From contig CM121341.1 in the NCBI GenBank assembly GCA_051530055.1, positions 15,912,784 to 15,976,783 on the forward strand: a DNA stretch of 64,000 nt. The letters are read 5' to 3'. The notes beneath the pieces were generated by a model. It did not search any database, had not been told where the DNA came from, and worked only from the letters and a program-made list of their open reading frames with translations. Of this stretch, positions 1 to 11,068 are shown in pieces (positions within the stretch are counted from its first letter, which is position 1; each line of letters begins with the position of its first letter). The position numbers and the translations under genes are program-made. The DNA is from Neoechinorhynchus agilis. Lineage: Eukaryota > Animalia > Acanthocephala.

Positions 1-42
1 GGCGTAACTGTCCCATAACATACTTTGAATAGAAACAAATTG

Positions 43-800
43 TTATATATAAAGCTGGGTTTTGAGAGCGACAAACCTTTTCATTGATTCTGAATTTTCA
101 AAGTAACTCACCGAGCGTCTGAATCGATCGACATAATCAGTCAATGCAGTCAGCACCTGACCGTTTTTATAAGAAATAGAATGTACTTCGGTTTCACAAT
201 GTTCTAATTTTGCTTCAAAATAAACCATCGCTAATAACCAATAAGCTAACCGAGGAGATATTTAAATAATCTCTGAAGGGCATTCTCTCTGAAAGATGAC
301 ATTTGTTCAATTATTTGAAGTCTAAAGAACATTAAAGAGGAGATGCTTTTAATATAACTGTACATAATCGTTGATTTCGTCTGTTTAAATAGCGTTTGAC
401 AATCACAATGAATTTGATCAATTTTAGATAATGTCATGAAGAAGTCCTGAAACAATAAATATCAAAGATACATATAACAATTTCATTAATACTTCGGTTA
501 GATCATAATTCGTTGCATAAATAATCGATTCCTCCTTTGGAGTCAATTGGTACTTTCGTATGAAATGGTCTACGAGTGCCGATTTTGTGTCTAAGTACTC
601 TCTGAAAGTTTGAAGAATATTATCTTCTGAGAGAAAATCGGCATCCGACGTACTTCTTTTGTTTCAAGCTCTTTGCACGCTGACTGTAAGGTCGGATTTG
701 TTCCGAAAGATCCTAGAGGATATTTTAAGACGACGGATACGATTTCCAGTTTAAAAAAATGCGCTGTCATTTTGTTGCGGAAAATAGCAATAAGCCTCAT
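43..800 (-). CDS. Putative multi-exon gene for an unidentified helical/coiled-coil protein (exon structure unresolved)
   Basis: Successive minus-strand ORFs (591-800, 246-455, 43-228) with protein-like composition. 246-455 and 43-228 join in frame via a 20-nt GT-AG intron (231-250). No family recognised. Confidence 0.25.
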
Positions 801-1367
801 CTTATGTGTACCTTTATACTCTCACGGTTATACTGATCTGCTTCAAAAACTTGCTCCAACGCTTTCGTCAAATGATCAATATCCTATGGTTCAAAAAATC
901 GATTTTGTGTCCAACCACTAACGATTTACCTTCTGCATAGGTTCGAGTCTATCAAGGAAAGCTTGGTTATCTCCCAGAACTTTATTTTCTAATATAGATC
1001 TCAGTTGCGATCGATCAGGTCTCGTTTTAAATATTGGTTGTAGCATTTCCACGCATCTTACAAACACCTAAGAATTGGAATCAATTGGTGTTGCTTTATG
1101 AATGCGTGGCGTACTTCATCACAAGGGAAAGGCGCAGTTGGAATGCTCATCTGAAAAATGGTACAATATTAAAAATGGACAAAATGTCTAAATCGCCTTT
1201 AAGAACAAATCGAAAAGTTAGACATGAGAACGTAGCGCTAGAGAATTTTATGACTTGAGCTCGAACATTCTATATTATCCTAAAAGAGAACCTTAGACTG
1301 TTTGGGCATTCAAAACGCAAGCTTGTATCGAAGACTACCGATCACTTATATGGGAATCCGAATGTGA

Positions 1368-1826
1368 TTGCTACAAAAAAGCAACTCGATCAACGTCAAC
1401 AAAAGGGATGAGTTTTGTACAAAAGCAGTTTCGGCAAAACCGAAGGCATCATCAGAATACAAAATTTTGCATAATTTAAAGAAAAATCTAGTTTCTCAAA
1501 CAACAAAACTCTTACTGATAACAGGAGACTTGGTAGAAGTAAAAGAAAGGCTGGAAGAGAGATGGTATAGATTGCATGAGTCTCAGAACATTTCGAAAAT
1601 TCCGAACAAAAAAGGTATTTCATCAGATTCGAATGCATTTAATGCGATTTTAAAGTTCCAGATTTATTATCGAACGGAAAATTGGTGTTTTATTTGTTTA
1701 TTGCTTCAAATTTTCGACGCCTTGCGTCTTCGTCAGGAAGCTTTTCTTCGGTTGTCTGAAAAGGAATCAGAGGAGGGCAACGCTGTCCGTCAGCTCATCC
1801 CTCTTATTGAGCATCCCCTCAGATAA
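1368..1826 (+). CDS. Unidentified ORF, possibly part of a coiled-coil protein gene
   Basis: 152-codon ORF; the same frame resumes after a single TAA up to ~1946. No recognisable domain. Confidence 0.2.
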   Translation: MLQKSNSINVNKRDEFCTKAVSAKPKASSEYKILHNLKKNLVSQTTKLLLITGDLVEVKERLEERWYRLHESQNISKIPNKKGISSDSNAFNAILKFQIYYRTENWCFICLLLQIFDALRLRQEAFLRLSEKESEEGNAVRQLIPLIEHPLR

Positions 1827-2579
1827 TCGCGGATCGTAAGAAGAGAAGTTAAGAGTCGTATGGACGATGTGCAGTTCAGCATGTCAGTAGAGAACTGCTT
1901 GTTGATTTCGTTGGAAAAATTTGTTACATATTCCGAATCCCTTTAACAGTTAATAATAGCGCAATTCACCTTTCTACTCCAACTGGCGAGGACGACCGCC
2001 ACGATTACGATTCGATTTTGTGTGGCGCAATTTCTTTGGAGAAAACATCTAACAAAGATTTGAATATATTCTAAGATATGCAAGGATGTAAGATTCAAAG
2101 ATATGCTGAAAGGGGGTTTATTTGGTTGGATGGCGTGGCGTACTGGGACGAATTATCAGTTTAAAATCTTGAAGTGTTGAAATCATAGGGCTATCGACTG
2201 CGAGAGATCTAGAGAGGATTATGATCATATGAGATGACGAATTATCTGCAATAACAAGAGGAAGGCGATGATCAACTGATTTTAGATCCATCAAAAACTT
2301 TCCATGACTTGCCATTGAATGAATATGAAACCGGACTGGTTTATAAATGGTAAGAAAATTGATTGAAGAACTAATACAATAATATAAAAATTTTAATGCA
2401 TGCTTTTAGAATAAAATGCTAACCTTTCGATCGATCTATCAAGCGAGGAAGTTATAAAACATAATTCGATGAACTTTATGACTTGTAATTTTTACGTCAA
2501 AGCTTTCGACCTCAATAACTTAATGCAATTGCAAACAGCACTTAAAAATTCCTTTAATTAATAATAAAACGAGACAAAT

Positions 2580-2770
2580 GATACGAGAGGGTTAAATGAA
2601 ATTAAGAATTTATTGATTTGATATTTCGATCCACTATCTCGGATCTTCTTCAGCGATTGTTTGCAAGTGTCAACGTCGTAAACACTTGCAAACAATCGCT
2701 GAAGAAGATCCGAGATAGTGAATCGAAATATCAAATCAATAAACTCTTAATTTCATTTATCTCTCCTATC
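2580..2770. repeat. 191-bp near-perfect palindrome (fold-back/MITE-like) containing a hammerhead-ribozyme-like core in each arm
   Basis: Arms of ~90 nt are reverse complements with few mismatches around an 11-nt loop (CAACGTCGTAA). Ends are GATACGAGAG...CTCTCCTATC, flanked by GACAAAT at 2573-2579 and 2771-2777. CTGAAGA at 2699-2705 and GAAA at 2725-2728. Confidence 0.85.
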
Positions 2771-4949
2771 GACAAATAACAATGAATTATCGTTTCAACA
2801 TACGGGAGTGTTTAAAATCATTATGAAGCAGAATTCGAAATTTTTAGACCCCGTCGATATTCTCCGAGTTTAGTGACGCTATCAAAAAATCGAACTCTAA
2901 AAGTGACGATGCACACGAAAGAAATAATCTGGTGAAATACTATTTGATATGCCAGCCGCATGATTGATCAAGCTTTATTTCTAAATTGACGCTTGAGCGG
3001 CTTGTTGTAATGATTGCGAAAATCTTTATTTTCGAGCTTTCGCCATCTTACGGCTTGTTCAGAAATTTACAAAGGCGCATGAAGATGTGAAGATTTTTAA
3101 AGTAGCAACATCGAAATGGAACGTTCGTTCCGCTTGTTTAGCAATTCTGAACTTTGTCTAGCTCATGTCTAAAACTCTCCCTCGGCTTCCCAGATATAAG
3201 TGGTGCCTCAGCGATAGATAGTTCCATCGGGTCCTTGGCCACAAACCTAACCTGCGTCCGAGTTTTACTTCGCCGCTTTGGCACTCTGCGTTGTCCTTTG
3301 CCCATAGCGTGGTCATGATTTTGCCTCCGGAATCATTACGAACATGTTCCGTGCATGTTGACGCAGAGGCCGTTCATTTTTGCTTATGTAGATGATCACG
3401 GGATTTTCATGGGCCAAACATCGTCCGCTGGTCATCTCGTAGACCACGTTGCTTCGAGCAGTTGTAATACGCGGACCTATTTCATATAAAACTGCCATGG
3501 ATTACACGACGTAAAGAAAAAAGGCTACAAAGAACTGCGAACGAGAAACCGTTAATGAATTCGAAATGCAGATTGGACTGATTGAGTTCACCATTATGAA
3601 ACTTCCGTATATTTTAAGAGAATTCGGAACACCACGGCCCATGTCATTGGAAAACAATTGTATTGATGATTGAACAACCAAAGAAAGTGCTTTGTGCCAC
3701 AACTTGACGAGGAATATATTTTGTTTGGTGATGAGAAATAAAGATTGAATTCGACCAGATTAGTCATCCATTTATAAATTCTTGCTTAAATTCGCATGGT
3801 TCCGGCGAAATTATGTTAGCTTGTTCACTCTTTTGATACCATCGTTATTGAACGTGCGAACCCAAGGAGTTATAAGGGCGTCACGCACATGGTATGTTTG
3901 GAAATTATGGGGTTGGATTTTATGGTGACCATATAAGGCCAACTTTTCGTTTGGAGAGCATTTGTTCTCGTTGGTGGGAAGGTATGGGAGATTGCGAAAA
4001 CATAGCTTTAGAGTATACAATCGAACACCCCCTGCGCTGTGTTGAATTTTCCATTGATTTTTAAAACGTAGTGGGCCGTTATTCTTAAGCTAAAGTTAGC
4101 TTCGTTTCCTTGTATTGTGTTGGACTACAATATATATAAGGATTCCAAAACAATACATTTTTTAAGTTTGGCTCCCTTTCTACAAAACAAGTGCCACCAA
4201 AATCAGCGCGATGTTGAAGAATCTCTTGGTAATTTCAAATGGCAGAGGAGTGCTCGAATCGGCTACAAACTTGCTTGTGTTAGGCGACCTTCTTTTTGAT
4301 GCCCTACATCGTTTGCCCTATTTAGACTCTATCACACTGTTCACTGTGCATTCTGTAGATTGTTTCTGAGAGCGATTCCTCTATTATTATTATATAGGCG
4401 AATTCCAATCTTCTTCCTCAACGATCAGATTAATCAGATGCCTCTTGTGCAAAGATTGATGACTAATCCCTAGTTGTGCCAAAATCAGATCCGGTATCAT
4501 CATCGGGTTCCAAGATTTTCAACTGCAGAAGTTCTCTAAGAAGTTAATCATATTCTGGATTCACGAAATGAGAAACCGCACCGATAAACCTAAAAGGCTA
4601 TCAGCATAGCTTTGTTGATTGGTGATACGTATCTTAGAAGGTAGGGACATCATAGGTGTCAATGAATGCGTTAATTGACGAATCTAAATCGCTGGACACT
4701 ATATAATTACGAGCTGCATATAAAAACTTGAACAATTAAGACCGAAAACATTTGAATGGCACGGTTACTCTGTGAATAGACCTCTACACACCTTTTCCTC
4801 AGAGGAACTGAATTTGCTGAACAACGGACCCGACTGTATTATGAAAAACCAGGTACGATCTACATAAATCAGATATGATTTAGAACAGCTTATAAACTCA
4901 CGCGCAGATCTGATGAGCTCAATAGTGACCTATGACAGGAAGTTCGGAG

Positions 4950-5340
4950 AGAGAACTGTCGCAATGATAACGACGCAATAGCAATCTCGAAGTCCCTTAA
5001 GGAAGTGTGATCAATAATGATTTGCAAATCCAACAAGGGGCGTGATTTAGTAGTTAACAGATATATAACGACCGCTAAATTAGGCACAGGAGCCGCGGCA
5101 ACGAGAGTGGAGAAACGTAAGACCGCAAAGTATCATGAGTTAGCCTCTCAGTTTTTGTTCCTGCCCTTCAGAGTCGAGACTTACGGGGCTTTTGGAAAGG
5201 CCGCAGCGGAATTCGTGATTGAACTGGGGCGACGTATCGCGAGTGTGACAAAAGAGCCACAGGCAATCACTTTCTTGCGACAAAACTAGAGTCTGGCGGT
5301 CCAGCGTGGGAACGCTGCCAGCGTCCGGATGACATGTAAT
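4950..5340 (+). mobile_element. Decayed 3' fragment of CRE-clade non-LTR retrotransposon (RLE domain)
   Basis: Translates to ...FLPFRVETYGAFGKAAAEFVIELGRRI...FLRQN*SLAVQRGNAAS, matching the C-terminus of the more intact copy at 33957-35591; contains an in-frame stop. Confidence 0.85.
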
Positions 5341-7096
5341 GGGCCTAATGTAAGTTGTAATTGATTTTGTTAACTAATTGTATCGCCTCATTTCCTTTAA
5401 TGTATTTTATTATATTGTTTAAATCTTTTATTCTTAAGTCTAAATCCGTCTATCCATTGATTTATGCTGACGATATTTTTTATCTTGTAAACATAAGCGC
5501 AGATCGTTTTTATTGAATCATATTGATTCTTACTTATTGAGGCTCCAAGAAGGCTTAAAAGTTGCGAGTCTTACAATTAATCCTGCTAAGACGGTGATCT
5601 TGCCACTTACTAAATCCTATTCTTCGCGTGCACAATCGAAGAAAGATTTCTATTCTTATCACACGTCATCTACTTTCACCATTAAAAGAAATAACCGAGT
5701 TCTCGGTATAGACTTCCCACCTAGTAATAGGCGTACATTAGTCAGCTCCTCGTTATCGAGTTTCTTTTACGAAACTTCTTCGCTTTTAAAACGTGCACTT
5801 CTCGATTTTAACTTTAGTTATGTATACCGACTTATGCTCACTTTCTTTGGAGGCTGCCTATGCTTTTTTACTAAAGGTCGACCACCCGAAATGCGAGTCG
5901 CCTTTTTTAACTTCTTTGTTAAAAAATTATGAAAACACTTAACAAATTCTCCGTTCCGAAATCTCATCTTTGATCAGCTTTACATCGAATTTTTGTAACT
6001 AAGGTATGGTTTTACTCTCCATCCTTCTCTTTTAATAAACTCTTTCTTTTTAATAATGAGATTTTCATTTTATCATCCATATCTAGCCAGGTTAATTCGT
6101 TTATCCAATTATCTATTAGAAAATGTTTACCTAATGAAAGAAATATTCTTGAACCCTTCCTCGTAATCCTTAATTTAAATGACAGATTAAAAACATTCTT
6201 TAGCAAAACACTTCTAAATGGGTAAGTCCGATTTGTTCGGGAGCAAGGGGTGGTGATTGAGGAGCTTGAGATCACTCTTACTCGGCATCACTGCCTTGCT
6301 TGTCTTTTGATTACATTTAGATCTTCCTGCTCAAGAAAGCAAATACGAATTGAATGTGCATATGCGATTAAATATAAATAAAAAATAAAAATAAAAGATT
6401 GAATATCACTATTCGTTGATTGTGTTTAACTCAATCGCAACATTCCTTCATATCTTCTTAGGTTTTTACAGCTCGATGAAGTCCAGATTTAATTACGGGC
6501 CGCAAAAGCGAACAAAAACTCAAAATCCTTGTTTAATTGTGAAAATCGTTGGAAGCGTTAGGCGTGGACAGAGCTACATAGAAATCAAGAACAATGCAGA
6601 TGTCCCTTAATTCTCTAAAACACTATAATTTTAGCCGAGGTAAGGAATAAACGTGTTTGAATTTTTGAGTCAAGACAAAGTATCGGGATTTTGAAAAGTT
6701 GTAATTTAGGATTTACGGTTTCTTGGCGTTTTTGCCATAATTTATATCGTGCAAACATCTCCTGGATGATACCAAGTGTGTATTTTTCAACCGAAAACAA
6801 ATCCTCGGTTACCCGTTGGTTTGTATATGACTAATTTGCACGAAGATATGAACTCAGGGCTTACACTTGATTCTCATTTGGTGACTTTCCTGAGCTTCAT
6901 AAAATGCACTTTGCGCTTATTCTACGACGAGCTTAGAAACTGACTCATTTGGTTGAAAACGAGAGTTGCATTGATTTTACTCACTGTCATCACCTTTTGA
7001 AGTCAGGTGGCATCCGTCTGCTGCATGCGCCCATTTTTGACTTTTAAAGACATACTTCTGCACTTTCACCTCAAACATTCATAACTTTCAGCCCCA

Positions 7097-8215
7097 ATGA
7101 AGGATTTGAGAGACGATAACCGACGCCGGGCAAAACTCAGTCAACTCGTATCCCAGCCGGAAAATGCGACCTGCTTTGACTGTCTTCAGAAAGGAATCAG
7201 CTATGCCAACATGACCGTCGGGACATTTGTTTGCATTAGATGTTCTGGTGTACTGTAGGTTCCACCGGAGAAGAGTAAAATTCATTTGATTAATTTTAGG
7301 CGTGGTCTCATTCCACCACATCGTTTAAAGTCAATCTCGATATGTACCTTCAGCAACGATGAAATTCAATTTTTATTTGACCGCGGAAATATGGTGAGGA
7401 TGTGTTCTTTGCTTGGAAACACTAAGAGGGTGGCGGGGTTTTTATAATGCTTTTCAACAGATTTGTCCATTCGACGGTCTACTGACTACTCACTCCTCTT
7501 GACACACATTTTCTGCTATTTCAATTCGATCGGCATTAATTTTATCCGTCGAAACCGATGGTGCTTATTGATTTGATCATTTTTCGTATATAGTTTCTGT
7601 GGTACTTTAAAACCTTCTACTTCACAATTGTTTAACTTAGTTTAACTGATACTTTTAAGTTTATGAAAGCTGTCTATGGTGATCTAAAGGTACCGCCTGA
7701 AACAAGAAATGCAAAAGTGATGAAAAGGTTTCTCAGTGGAAAGTACGGTCGGAAACCTGATTTTGAAATAAAAGTTGTTAAAGGCACTCAAAATGAATTG
7801 AAAAATGACTTTGAAACTTTACCAGTAAGTCCGGTAGAAGAGTGTTCTAGTATATGACTATCGTTAACTTTAGTTGAGGGTAACAGGAAATAGTGTAAAA
7901 CTGTGCAAGATATCCGACATCGCTGCAAGACTGACCGGGGAAACGTCAAAGGACTCTAATAATCATGCTGCACTTGAGCTGTGCACCGGTGCTGCGAATT
8001 CGCCAGGACTTAATTCGAAGAAATCCAATAATGAAAGCGTAGACAATTTCGCTAACAGCGAAGTTAACAGTAAAGTCGATGATTTGGTCACAGAGACCTT
8101 GGAATTCTTAAAATCGGTTCCTAGTGCACCTACAGTAATGAAACAATCACGCGACGAGTCCTCAACCGCGAGTTTGGTTGCTCAAGACATAGAAAAACTA
8201 CTTGCCGAATTCTAA
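7097..8215 (+). CDS. AGFG1: ArfGAP with FG repeats-type protein (AGFG1/HRB family), 4 exons: 7097-7254, 7300-7393, 7660-7824, 7874-8215
   Basis: Not in the ORF track. Spliced translation MKDLRDDNRRRAKLSQLVSQPENATCFDCLQKGISYANMTVGTFVCIRCSGVLRGLIPPHRLKSISICTFSNDEIQFLFDRGNMFMKAVY... has the CxxC-x16-CxxC ArfGAP zinc finger and the AGFG-typical NMTVG.FVC and RGL.PPHR.KSIS. Three canonical GT-AG introns (45, 266, 49 nt). Confidence 0.85.
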
Positions 8216-8669
8216 GATCAGTGTGAATCTTTGCATCACATATTATAATCGATTGAAAAATATTCAGTTGCTGTGGTCGTGAATACAATCAAATCTCTTA
8301 TGTAATCTAAGCGTAATGATTTATCGTATATGTTCCAACCAAGAACATTTTATTAGTTTTCTTAAAGTATTTCATTCACTTTAGACAGTCTAGTGAAAGC
8401 CTAACTTTGATCGATTATTAGATTTGTGCTCTCGCGATGGACCATTTACTCATTGGGTAGTTATGATATAAATCAGTTTCTAGTATTTCATAATGTTGCC
8501 CTGCTCATTGGCATTGCCTAAGCAATTTTAACCTCAAGAGTAGTTTATCTTTTAACATTAACACGGCACTGATTTGAATCCATTTATTTCCAAAAAGAAA
8601 GAAGGTCATTCAAACCATGTTGCTTGACAACGACGAAATAAAAAGAATCCATATTCTTAATTAACAAAT

Positions 8670-9095
8670 ATGTCCTCAGAAAACGTGGAATTTACTTTTG
8701 ATGTAGAGGAAGAAGACTGTGATTTATTGTGCAGAAGCACAGTTGATTTACCCGAGATTCACGAACACGTGCTTGGGAGTTCAAAGGAAATACGGGAAAT
8801 GGCCAAAAGGCTTTTGTTGGAAGGAATTAAGATGGGGTTACACCAACAAGACTTGTGTGAATACCTAAAGTGTAATCTTGAAAGCGACTGTGGTGGTATT
8901 TGGTGCGCTGTGATTGGAACTGCATTTGTATTTCGAGGTCAATGTTCTCGCGATCATTATCTACATTTTCAATATGAAAACAATCATGTTATTTTGTCGC
9001 AAACGGAGACCTTAGAACTGCGCGACAAAAGCGTTGAATTCCCAACGAAGCGCCAAGAACATGAACGACGTGAAGCGCCAAGTTTTATTAATTGA
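8670..9095 (+). CDS. Divergent dynein light chain type 1 (LC8-like) domain protein, single exon
   Basis: QDLCEYLKCNLESDCGGIWCAVIGTAFVFRGQCSRDHYLHFQYENNHVILSQT follows the LC8 pattern (DIA.YIK.EFD..Y...WHCIVG..F....H....FIYF....AILLFK); has N- and C-terminal extensions. Confidence 0.7.
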   Translation: MSSENVEFTFDVEEEDCDLLCRSTVDLPEIHEHVLGSSKEIREMAKRLLLEGIKMGLHQQDLCEYLKCNLESDCGGIWCAVIGTAFVFRGQCSRDHYLHFQYENNHVILSQTETLELRDKSVEFPTKRQEHERREAPSFIN

Positions 9096-9514
9096 GTTTT
9101 TAATAAATGATTAATTTTTGGAGCGGTTGGTATTGCTATACACAAGTTCTATATCATCAACTGAAGATTTCAGCTTTTCCTTTGGGCTTAAAAACGGCAA
9201 GGACTGATATTACTGCGTTGCTGCCATGGCGACCCTGTTCAGCCTTTTCCAAATTTGACTCAGCAATTTAAATGCCCAATCGAAAATCGTTGTGCGTATC
9301 ACAAGTAAATGAGGTTTGTTTGTTTGACCTAACATAATTCCTCATACTACTTTTTCAATAGAAAGACATTAAAGGACTTGAAAGAAGAAAAGCCAGTCAA
9401 TCGTGTCGAATCAAAGTCTATATTGGCTACTACTTAATAAAATACATCAACGATGTTTATCAATTCGAACTGCGTTGCACTCATTTACCTACCATAGGAG
9501 ATCTATTACACTCG

Positions 9515-9700
9515 GTGTCCGTGCAATTCGATATTTATTTAAATGATGCGATGCTTTTTTACAAAAAGGAAAGGATTGATTGTTTAAATCACGATTTATC
9601 GTTGGATAATGTGGGAGTTGAACAAGGTTCAATTCTCTGTCTTCATCGACAATCTACAAAAATGGAACCTTCCTCTGTAAAGACTGAGGAAAACTCATAG
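9515..9700 (+). CDS. Possible last exon of a small ubiquitin-like protein gene
   Basis: DAMLFYKKERIDCLNHDLSLDNVGVEQGSILCLHRQ resembles the C-terminal half of a ubiquitin fold (L.Y.G..L.D..TL.DYGI..GS.L.L); upstream exon not resolved. Confidence 0.35.
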   Translation: MSVQFDIYLNDAMLFYKKERIDCLNHDLSLDNVGVEQGSILCLHRQSTKMEPSSVKTEENS

Positions 9701-9879
9701 GAATTTATAAAGCACTCTTTTTGAATTGAATAAAATTGATTTATATCCGAGTTGCACGAGGTGGTCGATTAATTATTTGGGTTTAAGCATTGATTGTTCC
9801 CGCAGCAGCGCAAACAAATTCCATATAATTCTTATTACGACTAAAGAGAAAGAAAAGGTACCGTCAAAGACTTAGTCTA

Positions 9880-10930
9880 CGCAACCCTGATTCCTTCCCA
9901 AACTTCTCTTTCAAAGTGAAACACGTGCCAGACTCCATCAATCAGCACCTCTGCCCTGACTCAAATTACAATCATCGCCCCACCTCAGACTTCACACAAA
10001 CTATACCTGAAATGGGACTCGCACATTACACTCTCCCTCAAGCTAAACACCTTTAAAATTTATCTCCTCGAACGCCTCTGCCATATAGGAGTCTCCTCGC
10101 CCAATCTCTACAAATTTTACTTTTCCCACGTTTCATAAAAGAGCATCTAAAATTTGCACAGCTGATTTTCCCCTCTCACCAAATGCCTTGATACTATTTT
10201 CATCGAACAAACAAAACTCCTCTCAACCCTACCACAACAATTTTAACCATATTTTATTCCCCCTTTTCAGAGGAGCACAACACTCGTAATCCCATTTCAT
10301 TTCATCCTCTTTCGGCCTTGAACCTTCTTGTACATACGCTAATTTTCCCATGCTGTTCAATCTTCTCTGATGTCATAACCTGAAATGAACCTGGGGAAAG
10401 ACAAACCTCACAAGCTCTCCTGAAAACAATAACCACCAACTTTCAAATCCGACCGGTATCCTCCTCCACTCCAAAATCAATCAAGGAACCTATCATATGG
10501 TTTTAATGTTCACCAGTGCCCGGAGTTACATGGTCCCTCTACTTATGTTCAACTTTAGCTCATCAAACGCCGCTATTTTCATGTAAAACCAAGCGGAATC
10601 TTTATGTGCACACTCTGCTTGATCTTTTCGGCTTAATGCTTACATTTCTAGACCAAGATGCAATCTGATTGGTTTTTCGTAGATGACGCTCTAAAAATGG
10701 ATATAAACATAATATCTATTGTCTAGTTTATCAGTTTAATTTAAAATGTTTGCGGTTATCGACACATGTAGAATGTTGGTAAAAAGTCGAGCTTCATTCT
10801 GATTACTGTAACAAAGAACCAAGTGTTGTGTATCATGAGTTGGAGTTGTGTTGATCATGATTTCATATAAGGCGTATTTCGATATGAGATTTGAAAGATG
10901 CTCTAATAAACAAAGTAGACTGTGGTTCAT
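9880..10930 (-). mobile_element. Highly decayed Penelope-like element fragment
   Basis: Minus-strand remnants resembling PLE RT thumb/linker motifs (YEKPI.., LDF.S.., FRRACEVC), similar to the clearer fragment at 61338-61604; many frameshifts; G-rich on the sense strand. Confidence 0.45.
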
Positions 10931-11068
10931 GGTATAAAGTGATTTTATGCGCTTCCTTGAATCACATCGGTGGGCTTTGTGCCCAAGAAATCACCCGTGT
11001 GTGGGATAATCGCTTCCAAATAAGTATCGTAGGGCATTAAGGTCAACAATAACCAATAAATCATCATT

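Noticed and set aside
935-960. tRNA T-arm-like GGTTCGAGTC; similar box-like motifs at ~21850 and ~33460
   Set aside because: No cloverleaf and no correctly spaced A and B boxes.
5513-6275. ORFs 5513-5932 (+) and 6012-6275 (-) as genes
   Set aside because: No recognisable domain and no supportable exon chain.
10940-11010. HDV-like ribozyme fold (also 48410-48465)
   Set aside because: P1/P3/L3 could not be built with the right lengths; the conservation follows a codon pattern instead.
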